A stretch of 64,000 bases of DNA from positions 1 to 64,000 of the IMG/VR virus record IMGVR_UViG_2890449678_000009. One strand, given 5' to 3'. The notes beneath the pieces were generated by a model, which worked only from the letters and a program-made list of their open reading frames with translations, did not search any database and had not been told where the DNA came from. A program made the translations under genes and the position numbers. Below, piece after piece: positions 55,601-64,000 of the stretch; position 1 is the stretch's first letter; the number at the start of each line of letters is the position of its first letter. Source of the DNA: a virus. Lineage: Duplodnaviria > Caudoviricetes.

Positions 55601-56213
55601 ATTCGCTTTGATGCAATTCTTTTTGAAAATACAACCTCATTAACGAGTTAGTGGTAAAAAACACAGTAAATAATAATACTGGAGATGCCATAAACAGCCA
55701 ACCATAAGTATATGACAGATCCTTTTTTAACCCTATAATCTCTTGCATAATAATAACTTCTGATGCCATTAGATAAGATTTAACAGCGAATGAGTACATA
55801 ACCGCTACCTGCTGAAGAAATTTCTTCTCAGCATATTTTTTATATTTTTTTCCACACAAAAAAACGATCAAATTACCCATGACCGAAAATAGAGGAAGTA
55901 TGAATATAAGAAGAGATTCCTTTAGGGAGAAACCATTAATTAGCAATGAAGAAAAACCATTAATTTCTTTTCCAATCGAATTACTTAAGCTTAAACCAAA
56001 AAATAAAACAGAAAAAAACAGAAAAAAACAGAAAAAACTAAAACATTCATATTCTATATCTTCTTTATAAGGGATATATTTAGAAATAACCTTTTTTTTA
56101 ATTTTTGGATAATTACAAGAAGTTACGACAACAAAATAGACAATACACAATAACACTGCATTAGCAATATTAAAAAGAACCCAAGAAACATATAAAAACA
56201 ATCCCATGGACAT
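55506..56213 (-). CDS. Very AT-rich multi-pass membrane protein (moron)
   Basis: About five hydrophobic segments; antisense; GAGGAG SD. Confidence 0.7.
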   Translation of the reverse strand: MSMGLFLYVSWVLFNIANAVLLCIVYFVVVTSCNYPKIKKKVISKYIPYKEDIEYECFSFFCFFLFFSVLFFGLSLSNSIGKEINGFSSLLINGFSLKESLLIFILPLFSVMGNLIVFLCGKKYKKYAEKKFLQQVAVMYSFAVKSYLMASEVIIMQEIIGLKKDLSYTYGWLFMASPVLLFTVFFTTNSLMRLYFQKELHQSESTPKDHTPAPAGEPLHKDRQKSESSSQDTQK

Positions 56214-56272
56214 AACGTCTCCTCACTGAAAAAATACAACTCACAATGTAATATACAAAACCCCATTACCGT

Positions 56273-56299
56273 ATAGAACTTATAAACGCCGCGCATCAT
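56273..56299 (+). promoter_or_regulatory. Putative late promoter box A of the outer phage
   Basis: ATAGAACTTATAAACGCC-N3-CATCAT; repeated at 58535. Confidence 0.55.
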
Positions 56300-56307
56300 C
56301 GGCCATT

Positions 56308-56511
56308 ATGTGCACATCAACTCCTCATCTCGCTAATCCGCTTCCTACGCCCTCTCCTGCTACTCCCGTCACGAATGCCGGGAAGACACAGGCGCAATCA
56401 GCCACCAACTCTGCTAAATTGGCAGGAGGTTTTGGCTCTACGTTGCTGACGGGACCGCAAGGGCTGAACCAGACGGCCAATACAGCCCCCAAGACGCTTC
56501 TTGGCGGGTGA
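56308..56511 (+). CDS. Small virion protein preceding the portal
   Basis: MC...P-rich...STLLTGPQG...KTLLG pattern, typical of the pre-portal gene in such podophages. Confidence 0.75.
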   Translation: MCTSTPHLANPLPTPSPATPVTNAGKTQAQSATNSAKLAGGFGSTLLTGPQGLNQTANTAPKTLLGG

Positions 56512-56514
56512 GCT

Positions 56515-58260
56515 ATGGCACAAAAGCGTAAGCCCTCTCCCAAGCTCGACATCAATAACCGTGACGGTCAGCAATCATTACGCGATGAAGCCGACCGTCG
56601 GTTAGTTATGATGCGCTCTGATCGTTTGTCATGGCGCGATACGTGGCGTGAGATCAGCCATTTCATTCTCCCCACGCGCGGGCGCTATTTTCATGTGCCG
56701 AACCAAGGCAGCCGGGGCCGTGTAAAAGGCCCGCAGATTGTCGATAAAACCGGTTCTATCGCCCTAGGCAATCTCTCAGCGTTTCTCATGGCGGGTATTA
56801 CGTCACCGGCGCGTGATTGGTTTCGTTTAGAAACAAACAATGACCAGCTTAATGATGATCCACAGGTGAAGCTCTGGCTGTCTGATACGAAAAGCCGTCT
56901 ACAGCGTGTTTTTGCGACCGGGAACTTCTATGCGTCTATGAGCCAGACGTACGAAGAGCTGGCAGGCTTTGGCACGGCGGCTTGTATCATCCTGCAAGAT
57001 TATGAAGATGTTGTCCGCTTTTACCCGCTGACTGCTGGGGAATATTACCTTGCCCAAAATGCACGCGGTGAGGTCGATACGCTCTTTCGGGAATATGTGC
57101 AGAATGTCGCCCAAATCGTGCAGCGTTTTGGCCTTGATAACGTCTCCCCCACCGTCCGCTCCCTTTGGGAAAGCCGCCAACTCACCCAAGAGCTTCCCAT
57201 CGTCCATGCCATCATGCCGAACAGTTCCCGTATTGCTGGGGCGTTTGGATGGAAGGGTGCGCCCTATATTGGCATTTATTACGAATATGGAAACGATACC
57301 GAGCCAGCCCTGCTGATTGAGTCCTACCCACGTAAGCCCTTTATTGCGCCACGATGGGCCACAGTGAGCAATGATGCTTACGGTCATGGCCCCGGTGAAG
57401 ACGCGCTGCCTGACATTAAGTCCCTCCAAGTTGCACAGCTCCGCCTTGCAGAGGCCGTTGATAAATATGCACGACCACCAACAATGGCGGATTCATCGCT
57501 GCAAGAGAGTATGGTGAACCTTCTCCCCGGCGGACTGAACTTCATTCCCGGGCTGAATGCTGCTGGGAATGGGGCAGGTATTCGTCCCGTCTATCAGGTC
57601 AATCCCAATATCTCACCTTTGCAGGAGCGTATTGCGGAGTTTCAGGATCAAGTGCGCAAAACACTTCGCAATGACCTGATTTTGATGGTCTCGCAGGATA
57701 TGGGCACGACACAGCCCGTCACAGCAGCAGAAATCAATGTGCGTCAGCAAGAAAAGATGTTGACCCTTGGGCCTGTTTTAGAACGTTTCCACAATGAAGC
57801 GCTTGACCCGATCATTACAACCACGCTGGAGATTATGGAGCGTGGCGGCCTGCTCAAGCCGCGCCCTCCCGGGCTCGGTGGTCGTTCTCTCAAGATTGCT
57901 TACAGCTCTATTCTAGCTCAAGCACAGCGCGCGACTGAAACCACGGGGATTGAGCAGCTTGTACGCTTTGCGGGCAGTATGGCGGGGGCTGATCCGTCGA
58001 TTATGGACAATCTAGACCTTGATGCCGCCCTTGACCGTTATGGCGATCTTCTGGGTGTGGACCCATCCATGCTCAAAGACCCACAATCCGTCGCACAACT
58101 CCGCCAGCAACGGGCCTACCAGCAACAGCAGCAACAGATGGCCGAACAAGCTCAGCAAATGGCCGCCGGGGCCAAGAACCTCTCGCAAGCCGATGTCGGC
58201 GGGGGCTCCAACGCCCTGCAAGCCATTATGAGCGGCCTCAACACGCAACAAGGACAGTAA
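56515..58260 (+). CDS. Portal / head-tail connector (T7-like family)
   Basis: TSPARDWF, GFGT, PRW...YG.GPG..ALPD...LQ, TAAEI..RQ.EK...LGPVLER. Confidence 0.94.
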   Translation: MAQKRKPSPKLDINNRDGQQSLRDEADRRLVMMRSDRLSWRDTWREISHFILPTRGRYFHVPNQGSRGRVKGPQIVDKTGSIALGNLSAFLMAGITSPARDWFRLETNNDQLNDDPQVKLWLSDTKSRLQRVFATGNFYASMSQTYEELAGFGTAACIILQDYEDVVRFYPLTAGEYYLAQNARGEVDTLFREYVQNVAQIVQRFGLDNVSPTVRSLWESRQLTQELPIVHAIMPNSSRIAGAFGWKGAPYIGIYYEYGNDTEPALLIESYPRKPFIAPRWATVSNDAYGHGPGEDALPDIKSLQVAQLRLAEAVDKYARPPTMADSSLQESMVNLLPGGLNFIPGLNAAGNGAGIRPVYQVNPNISPLQERIAEFQDQVRKTLRNDLILMVSQDMGTTQPVTAAEINVRQQEKMLTLGPVLERFHNEALDPIITTTLEIMERGGLLKPRPPGLGGRSLKIAYSSILAQAQRATETTGIEQLVRFAGSMAGADPSIMDNLDLDAALDRYGDLLGVDPSMLKDPQSVAQLRQQRAYQQQQQQMAEQAQQMAAGAKNLSQADVGGGSNALQAIMSGLNTQQGQ

Positions 58261-58262
58261 TC

Positions 58263-58538
58263 ATGCAAGACCCTCATGATGCTCAACAGATCAACGACCA
58301 TCGCAAGCGCCGCAAAGCCCGCGCGACACAAGAACAGCACGACCTACAGATCATCGCGGCTTTGCCAGAAGGAAACCGCCTCTTACAGCGCATCATCACC
58401 TTAACAGGACAAGATGCCGCCTCTTTTGTGCCCAATGATGCCCTCGCGACCGCCTATCGTGAAGGGCAGCGCAGTATTGGGATCAGACTCACCTCATGGC
58501 TCAATGACGCGCTAAAAAAATCTGAGAACACCCCATAG
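58263..58538 (+). CDS. Small post-portal protein (Bbp19-like)
   Basis: D...PEG.R.L...AYREGQRSIG motif. Confidence 0.75.
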   Translation: MQDPHDAQQINDHRKRRKARATQEQHDLQIIAALPEGNRLLQRIITLTGQDAASFVPNDALATAYREGQRSIGIRLTSWLNDALKKSENTP

Positions 58539-58561
58539 AACTTATAAATGCCCGTCATGCT
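58535..58561 (+). promoter_or_regulatory. Putative late promoter box B of the outer phage
   Basis: ATAGAACTTATAAATGCC-N3-CATGCT upstream of the scaffold/capsid genes. Confidence 0.55.
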
Positions 58562-58595
58562 CTTCTTTATCTGATGGATAGGAGAGCTTTCAGGC

Positions 58596-59288
58596 ATGAG
58601 TGATGCCCAAACACAAACAGATGCAGCCGCCCCAAGTAATGAAGCCAGCACAGAGGCAACAAACGAGACCAACGCCAGCCTAACGGGCGACGCCCCGAGC
58701 CCTTCAGAAGAGGACAGCAAACACGCGTCCCCTTCTGAGCAGACCGATGCCCCCTCTAAAGCTGATGACGATCAGGGCAAGGAAGACGCGCCTAAAAAAG
58801 ACGGTCCCCCAGAAAAATATGACTTCACAGCGCCAGAGGGCATGGACGTCGATAAAGACGCCTTGTCCTCCTACGAGGAAATGGCACGAGAACATGGTCT
58901 GTCTCAGGAACAATTTAACGCCGTTACTCAGCATGGCCTTGAGTTTTTCCAGCAACAGCTTGGCAAACTGTCCGAAGCCCATGCCGCCCGAGAGCAAGGC
59001 TGGCGTAAAGACGCCCTCAGCGACACGGAGCTCTCCGATGGGCAAGCCCTCAAACCTGAAGTTATGGCCAATGTCGGTCATGTGTTCGAACAATTTGGCG
59101 GCAATGACCTCCGCCATGCTCTCACCGAAACCGGGGCTGGCAACCATCCACAGATTATCCGCGCCTTTAACGCGATCGGCAAAGCGTTAGGTGCCGCCCA
59201 CACACCCGATAAAGGCAAACCCGCAAGCGAACTCAAAGGCAACAGCTTTGAAGACATCGCCCGCCGCCGTTATGGCTCTAACAGCTAA
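58596..59288 (+). CDS. Capsid scaffolding protein
   Basis: Acidic disordered N-terminus; PEKYDF..PEG, LSQEQ, TG.GNHP.II. Confidence 0.85.
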   Translation: MSDAQTQTDAAAPSNEASTEATNETNASLTGDAPSPSEEDSKHASPSEQTDAPSKADDDQGKEDAPKKDGPPEKYDFTAPEGMDVDKDALSSYEEMAREHGLSQEQFNAVTQHGLEFFQQQLGKLSEAHAAREQGWRKDALSDTELSDGQALKPEVMANVGHVFEQFGGNDLRHALTETGAGNHPQIIRAFNAIGKALGAAHTPDKGKPASELKGNSFEDIARRRYGSNS

Positions 59289-59299
59289 GGTTCCCTCTC

Positions 59300-60352
59300 A
59301 TGGCTCTTAACAATAGCACGTTCCTCACCCTTACTGACTGGGCAACCCGTCGTGATCCCAATGGCGGCATTGCTGACACGGTTAACCTGCTTTCTCAAAC
59401 GAATGAGATTCTCAATGATCTCATTTTCAAAGAAGGCAACCTCCCAACCGGGAATAAAACAACGGTAAGGACGGGTCTCCCTGCCGCAACATGGCGCTTG
59501 CTCAACTATGGTGTGCCACGCGGAAAATCCACCACCGCCCAAGTGACAGACACGTGCGGAATGTTAGAGACGTACTCGCTTGTCGATAAAGACCTTGCGA
59601 ACCTTGAAGGAGATGTCGGGGCGTTCCGTCTGTCAGAAGATATGGCGTTTCTTGAAGGCATGAACCAGCAGATGGCCCGCACGCTTATCTATGGCAATGA
59701 GCAAAGCGATGTGGGGGCGTTTACCGGGCTTTCCCCGCGTTATAACACGCTGGATACCAACAAAGCCGCCTCGGCTGCAAATGTGATGGACGGCAAAGGG
59801 CGCGGCAGCACGAATACCTCTATCTGGCTGTGCTGCTGGGGGCCAACGGCAGGGTTTGGGATTTTCCCTAAAGGTTCTGTTGCTGGATTGCAACAAAAGG
59901 ATGTCACAACGGATGCTCCCGTTATGGATGACCAGGGGAATCCCTTCCAAGCCTACCAGATGCATTACAAATGGGATTGCGGCCTAACGATCCGTGATTG
60001 GCGCTATTTTGTGCGTATTGCCAATATTGACGTAAACGCCTTGACAGGAGAAGGCGCGGCTAACCTGATCGCCCTGATGGCTGCAGCCTGCTTTAAACCT
60101 CCAACCATGCCATCCACGGCTTCCAATGTGCAGTCAGCGACACGCGCAACGGGGGGAACGCCGCTCTCCTTTGGTCGTCCGGTTTTCTACGTCAACCGCA
60201 CCATTGCCTCAGCTCTATCTATTCAAGCGATGAACAAGACCAACGTTCTGCTTACCCAAGATGAGTTCGACGGGAAGCCGGTGCTGCGCTTCCGTGGCAT
60301 TCCGATCCGGGTCGTGGATGCGATCATGAACACTGAAGACACCGTTCAGTAA
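59300..60352 (+). CDS. Major capsid protein (epsilon15/BPP-1 type)
   Basis: LSQTNEIL.D, RTGLP..TWR..N.G, F.GL..R, TSIW, DWRY.VRIANID, FRGIPIR.VDAI.NTE. Confidence 0.94.
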   Translation: MALNNSTFLTLTDWATRRDPNGGIADTVNLLSQTNEILNDLIFKEGNLPTGNKTTVRTGLPAATWRLLNYGVPRGKSTTAQVTDTCGMLETYSLVDKDLANLEGDVGAFRLSEDMAFLEGMNQQMARTLIYGNEQSDVGAFTGLSPRYNTLDTNKAASAANVMDGKGRGSTNTSIWLCCWGPTAGFGIFPKGSVAGLQQKDVTTDAPVMDDQGNPFQAYQMHYKWDCGLTIRDWRYFVRIANIDVNALTGEGAANLIALMAAACFKPPTMPSTASNVQSATRATGGTPLSFGRPVFYVNRTIASALSIQAMNKTNVLLTQDEFDGKPVLRFRGIPIRVVDAIMNTEDTVQ

Positions 60353-60381
60353 TCCTCGCGCACCTTGATAAGGAACACCCC

Positions 60382-60822
60382 ATGATCGTTGATAAACTGC
60401 TTCTTTTCTCAAATAAGCAAGACCTCACCCAAGCCCAAGCGGGCTCTCCAACTCCTTCCACAAACGTAGTGGACTTTTCCCAAGCACGGGATTTTGGGCC
60501 AACAGAAGGCTTTAAAGTCTTTGTAGAGTTCGCGTCCCTCCCCGTTGGGCCGTCAGGCACCACACTGTCCATTGCTGTGCAGGTGTCAACGGACAATCAG
60601 ACTTGGACAACGCTGGAAGATTTCCCGTCCATTGACGTAACAACATTAACGCAAGCACATCCTTTTGCCGTCCGCGCCAAACCGGCCTTCTCCAACACAG
60701 CCTATCGCTATATGCGCCTGACCTATAGCCCTAGTCAGGCTCTTAGTTCCGGTATCGTTATGGCTGGGATCAATCTCGATGTGCCCGCTCAACGGGCTTA
60801 CCCTAAAAACTACGTGGCGTAA
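60382..60822 (+). CDS. Capsid cement/decoration protein (Bbp16-like)
   Basis: MI.DK.L.FS..Q...STNV.D...RY.RL.Y...AG. Confidence 0.8.
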   Translation: MIVDKLLLFSNKQDLTQAQAGSPTPSTNVVDFSQARDFGPTEGFKVFVEFASLPVGPSGTTLSIAVQVSTDNQTWTTLEDFPSIDVTTLTQAHPFAVRAKPAFSNTAYRYMRLTYSPSQALSSGIVMAGINLDVPAQRAYPKNYVA

Positions 60823-60831
60823 GGAACAATC

Positions 60832-61224
60832 ATGGCACGTTATCGCGTCACAACCGCAAGCTTTATCAATGGCCGCTACGTCGAGGAGGACACCGTCATT
60901 GATTATGATGGCATTCCTGGCTTCAACCTTGACCCTCTTGATGAAGAGGCACGCAGCGCAAAGAAAGCAGCAGGACAAGCCGGGGAAAGAGACGTCAATG
61001 GCCGGGCCTTTCAGGAAGACCTGACCCGCTCCGATGGCACGCCTTCTGCGCTGAACAGCGCAGAAACGGTTAAGGATCAGGACGCCTTAGAAGAGCAGCC
61101 TAAGCCTGCCCAAGCTGAGCTCCTTTCCAAAGAAGAGGCGGAAACGCCGCCTGAACCCGGTAAGGAAGAAGATGCTTCTGCACGGTCAACAAACACGCCA
61201 TCTAAATCAGCGAAAAAGAGCTAA
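60832..61224 (+). CDS. Hypothetical virion-associated protein
   Basis: AAGGA SD; Y.V...FING...PG.NL.P N-terminus. Confidence 0.7.
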   Translation: MARYRVTTASFINGRYVEEDTVIDYDGIPGFNLDPLDEEARSAKKAAGQAGERDVNGRAFQEDLTRSDGTPSALNSAETVKDQDALEEQPKPAQAELLSKEEAETPPEPGKEEDASARSTNTPSKSAKKS

Positions 61225-61227
61225 GGC

Positions 61228-62196
61228 ATGACGACCGACATTGACCTCTGCAATCGTGCACTCATGCGTCTTGGCACACAAAGCGCGATCACCTCATTTG
61301 ATGATGGCTCTGTAGAGGCCAGTGTGTGTGCGTCCTTCTACGGCGATGTCTTGCAATCCATGCTGGCCCATCCTGCCAGTATGGGCGGCCCCGTTTATAC
61401 GTGGCAATGGCCGCGCTGTGTGGGAACGGGTCTAACGGCACCCAGCAGCAATCCACGCTGGCGCTACGAGATCGCTCTGCCCTCAGACTCTGTCCGCGTG
61501 CTGCGCGTTGATAACGCCCTTACCGAAAAGCCCCAAGACCACCGCAAGGTGCTTTTTGAGCCACGTGAAAGCTTTGGCGAAGGGATGGGCAAAGCAGGCG
61601 GTGTGGCACTCGTGCCCGTCCTCTTCACTGATCATCAACAGGTCAGCGTCACCTACATCACACAATCGGTGGATATCGACCATTGGCCGCCTGCGTTCAG
61701 GCGGGCGTTCTGGCTCTCTTTAGCCGCTGCTATCGCCACAACATTGGGCATTGACGGAAGCACAGCCGCTGCTGTTGCTCAAGAAGCCGAACGTGAAGTT
61801 GCCCGCGCTTGTCTTGCCGATCAGCGCGTTGAGGTCGTCGATACTGAAATCGTGCCTGATTGGCTCTCTGTTCGTTGTGGATATGGGGAAACGCAACGCG
61901 CCATACACCAAACGGACACTACCTTTGAGAGCGGTTTTATTGCAGGAAACTCCCATCCCCCTGCGCCTGCTCCAATCCCCAGCACACCCCCTATCGGGCC
62001 TCATGGCGTCATTCCAACAGGGCTAGAGACACGCGACATTGCCAACAAGCAAGATCTTTATATTCCAGCTGATACACCAGACAGTAGAGCAGGCATTCTT
62101 ACCATAGGTCGAAGTCCTGTTGGTTGGCGTCGCCCCTACCATACAGAAACGATCAATGCCAATGCACCAGAGCACACAGGGGAATATGATCTGTGA
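61228..62196 (+). CDS. Tail adaptor (tubular protein A-like) with Pro-rich C-terminal extension
   Basis: IDLCNRAL..LG...I.SFDD.S.EA, LPSD..R, F..A...LAA.IA, PDW...R. Confidence 0.8.
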   Translation: MTTDIDLCNRALMRLGTQSAITSFDDGSVEASVCASFYGDVLQSMLAHPASMGGPVYTWQWPRCVGTGLTAPSSNPRWRYEIALPSDSVRVLRVDNALTEKPQDHRKVLFEPRESFGEGMGKAGGVALVPVLFTDHQQVSVTYITQSVDIDHWPPAFRRAFWLSLAAAIATTLGIDGSTAAAVAQEAEREVARACLADQRVEVVDTEIVPDWLSVRCGYGETQRAIHQTDTTFESGFIAGNSHPPAPAPIPSTPPIGPHGVIPTGLETRDIANKQDLYIPADTPDSRAGILTIGRSPVGWRRPYHTETINANAPEHTGEYDL

Positions 62197-64000
62197 CCGT
62201 CTCAAAAATCTCTAATATCAGCTCATTTCGTGGTGCATGCACCACCCCAAACTGGCATCAAGACTATATTCCTACTGCCATAGAGTGGAACAATTGCTGG
62301 TCTAACAAAGCCGACGGTGATGTCGTTAATGAATTATCAGACTCTCTCCAGCACATGGAGAACTATGTCGCTTCTCTTCCAAGCGTCTCTCTCACAAATT
62401 TAGGGGTCATAGATGATCCTTCTGGAAAATATATTAATGAAAACACAGAAGCCTATCAAAGCGCATTAGACAATTCTGCTGGCAAATATCGACTATGTCA
62501 TCCAGCTAACCTGTCCGTTGTTTTACATAATCTAACCATAACGCGCTCTGATACCTATTGGGTTCTTGATGGCGTCATTACACTTGCTGCTCATGAAAAT
62601 AAAAATATCGTTGATATTGGGAGCCCTGGAAATACGATTAGTGGAATTTCAATCACAGGTAGAGGAACTTTCAATGGAAACATGTTGCAGCAAGAAGGAG
62701 GAGAACGTGCCGTCTGCGGCGGCTTATGTGCCAATACGCTCAGCCATACTGATAATATCCCTGATAATCCCGCTTATCCTGCCTTAATAAGAAATCTAAG
62801 CATTAACGGGATAACCATAACGAATGTATTTAATTGGCCAATATCTCTTGGATATATCAAAAATAGTTTAATAAAAGATACCTCCCTCTTAAACAGTGGG
62901 AACAGCCCTCAGTTTATTTGGTCATCTGATAATTGTTGGTTCAATGGCAATATATCAAGCGGCCATACAGATGGTGGGTTCGTTTTTTACATGGGGAGTA
63001 GAAAATGCGGTGCCATTGGAAATATCGTTCATGATAACCATGATGGGATTGGTGTCTACAGCGACCTATCTAGCAATCCAGAAGATAACAGCATTATAAT
63101 CTGTGATAACCATGTTTATAATAATAAAGATAGCGGTATAGGGATAACAACTCTTAACCAAAATGGTGCAGAGACAAGCTCACTAAAACAAAAAAATATA
63201 ATCATATCTGGGAATATACTCTCTAATAATAATACAAGAGGAAGAAATGGCGGTGGTTCTATAGGTATTGTCGGTGCATATAACGTACAGGTTCGTGGAA
63301 ACAGCATAAGTCAAGATGGTTCAACGACAACATCCGGTCAGCCTGTTTATGCAATCTATGTATCAGATAGCTGCCAAGATATTGACGTAAGCAATAATAC
63401 GATTAGTGATATTGGTTCACCAACCAATTTGGGAACGGCTATTTATCTTAACCACCCGACAAGAACCGTGGTGCGCCATAATACATTTACAAATAGTCTA
63501 GGGACGAATGGTCCTTTCCATACAGGAATAGGCGGAACCGTTGGACCTCTCTCTCTTATTAGTGGGAATATTGCAACAAATGCATTAGCTGGGGCTCTCC
63601 TTTCTATTTCCTGGCCCAATGATACTGTTTTTCTCTCTCAGCCCGACGGGTTGGGAGGAATGTTCGATAATCTCACACGCAATAGTGATGTCATTGCGTC
63701 AGGAAAATATAACTACAATGGACGCAACCTAAGCCGACAAGTGGGAGCAACCACAGATGGCACAAGTATCTATCTACAAACAGCACAAAACCAATCAACG
63801 GGTGCGATCGCTGGCAATATTGTTTTAAACCAGAATGGGATCTTTCGGGAGTTCTCTCTCGCTCTTAATGGAGCCATATCCACACCGTCTGGTGGCGTTC
63901 TTTTAAATGCCAGAAGCCCCTCTGGGGCTCCGCTCCTTCTACAAACGTTTACAGCTAACGTCGCTCACGGAGATTGGGTTCCTTTCCCACAATCTTTTAC
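62193..64000 (+). CDS. Right-handed beta-helix tailspike (putative depolymerase), 3' truncated by the window edge
   Basis: GTG 62193 overlaps the previous TGA; same frame at both ends with no stop in the parts translated by hand (hence absent from the ORF track); repeated IxGNxxxNN, DGIGV rungs; AT-rich. Confidence 0.85.
   Translation, partial: MTVSKISNISSFRGACTTPNWHQDYIPTAIEWNNCWSNKADGDVVNELSDSLQHMENYVASLPSVSLTNLGVIDDPSGKYINENTEAYQSALDNSAGKYRLCHPANLSVVLHNLTITRSDTYWVLDGVITLAAHENKNIVDIGSPGNTISGISITGRGTFNGNMLQQEGGERAVCGGLCANTLSHTDNIPDNPAYPALIRNLSINGITITNVFNWPISLGYIKNSLIKDTSLLNSGNSPQFIWSSDNCWFNGNISSGHTDGGFVFYMGSRKCGAIGNIVHDNHDGIGVYSDLSSNPEDNSIIICDNHVYNNKDSGIGITTLNQNGAETSSLKQKNIIISGNILSNNNTRGRNGGGSIGIVGAYNVQVRGNSISQDGSTTTSGQPVYAIYVSDSCQDIDVSNNTISDIGSPTNLGTAIYLNHPTRTVVRHNTFTNSLGTNGPFHTGIGGTVGPLSLISGNIATNALAGALLSISWPNDTVFLSQPDGLGGMFDNLTRNSDVIASGKYNYNGRNLSRQVGATTDGTSIYLQTAQNQSTGAIAGNIVLNQNGIFREFSLALNGAISTPSGGVLLNARSPSGAPLLLQTFTANVAHGDWVPFPQSF

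Larger units (their letters stand above)
53379..64000 (+). mobile_element. Outer prophage, right arm: packaging, podovirus-type head and tail genes (continues beyond the window)
   Basis: terS'-terL-portal-scaffold-MCP-cement-adaptor-tailspike order as in epsilon15/BPP-1-like phages. Confidence 0.9.

Noticed and set aside
62566-63307. Short ORFs in the track (62566, 62896, 63116)
   Set aside because: Out-of-frame shadows of the long tailspike ORF starting at 62193.
1-64000. Host chromosomal genes, rRNA/tRNA and att sites of the outer prophage
   Set aside because: None recognisable; both ends of the outer prophage lie outside the window.

Overview
The whole window is prophage DNA and holds two nested elements. 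(1) An outer temperate phage, probably from an alphaproteobacterial host (inference). Its left arm (1-13982) has a tyrosine integrase, excisionase, YqaJ exonuclease/ERF recombinase, a cI/cro switch with five 17-bp operators, SSB, KilA-N, an SF2 helicase, VRR-NUC, Prim-Pol, a VapE helicase and an iteron origin. Its podovirus-type head/tail module (53379-64000) has TerL, portal, scaffold, capsid, cement, tail adaptor and a beta-helix tailspike that runs off the window. (2) A complete 39,396-bp Mu-like transposable prophage (13983-53378, TG...CA ends, 5-bp target duplication CTAAG) inserted in codons 29-30 of the outer phage's small terminase gene. Most notable points: a MuF head protein with a C-terminal BECR-like RNase extension, followed by a ~100-nt multi-stem RNA-like element rather than an immunity ORF; an R-S-E ADP-ribosyltransferase moron convergent with a secreted-nuclease operon; three conserved 28-bp late-promoter boxes that predict leaderless mRNAs; a tail fibre with four tandem 528-bp units; and a repressor with duplicated HTH domains. 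All protein family calls come from reading motifs and synteny by eye; no database searches were run.
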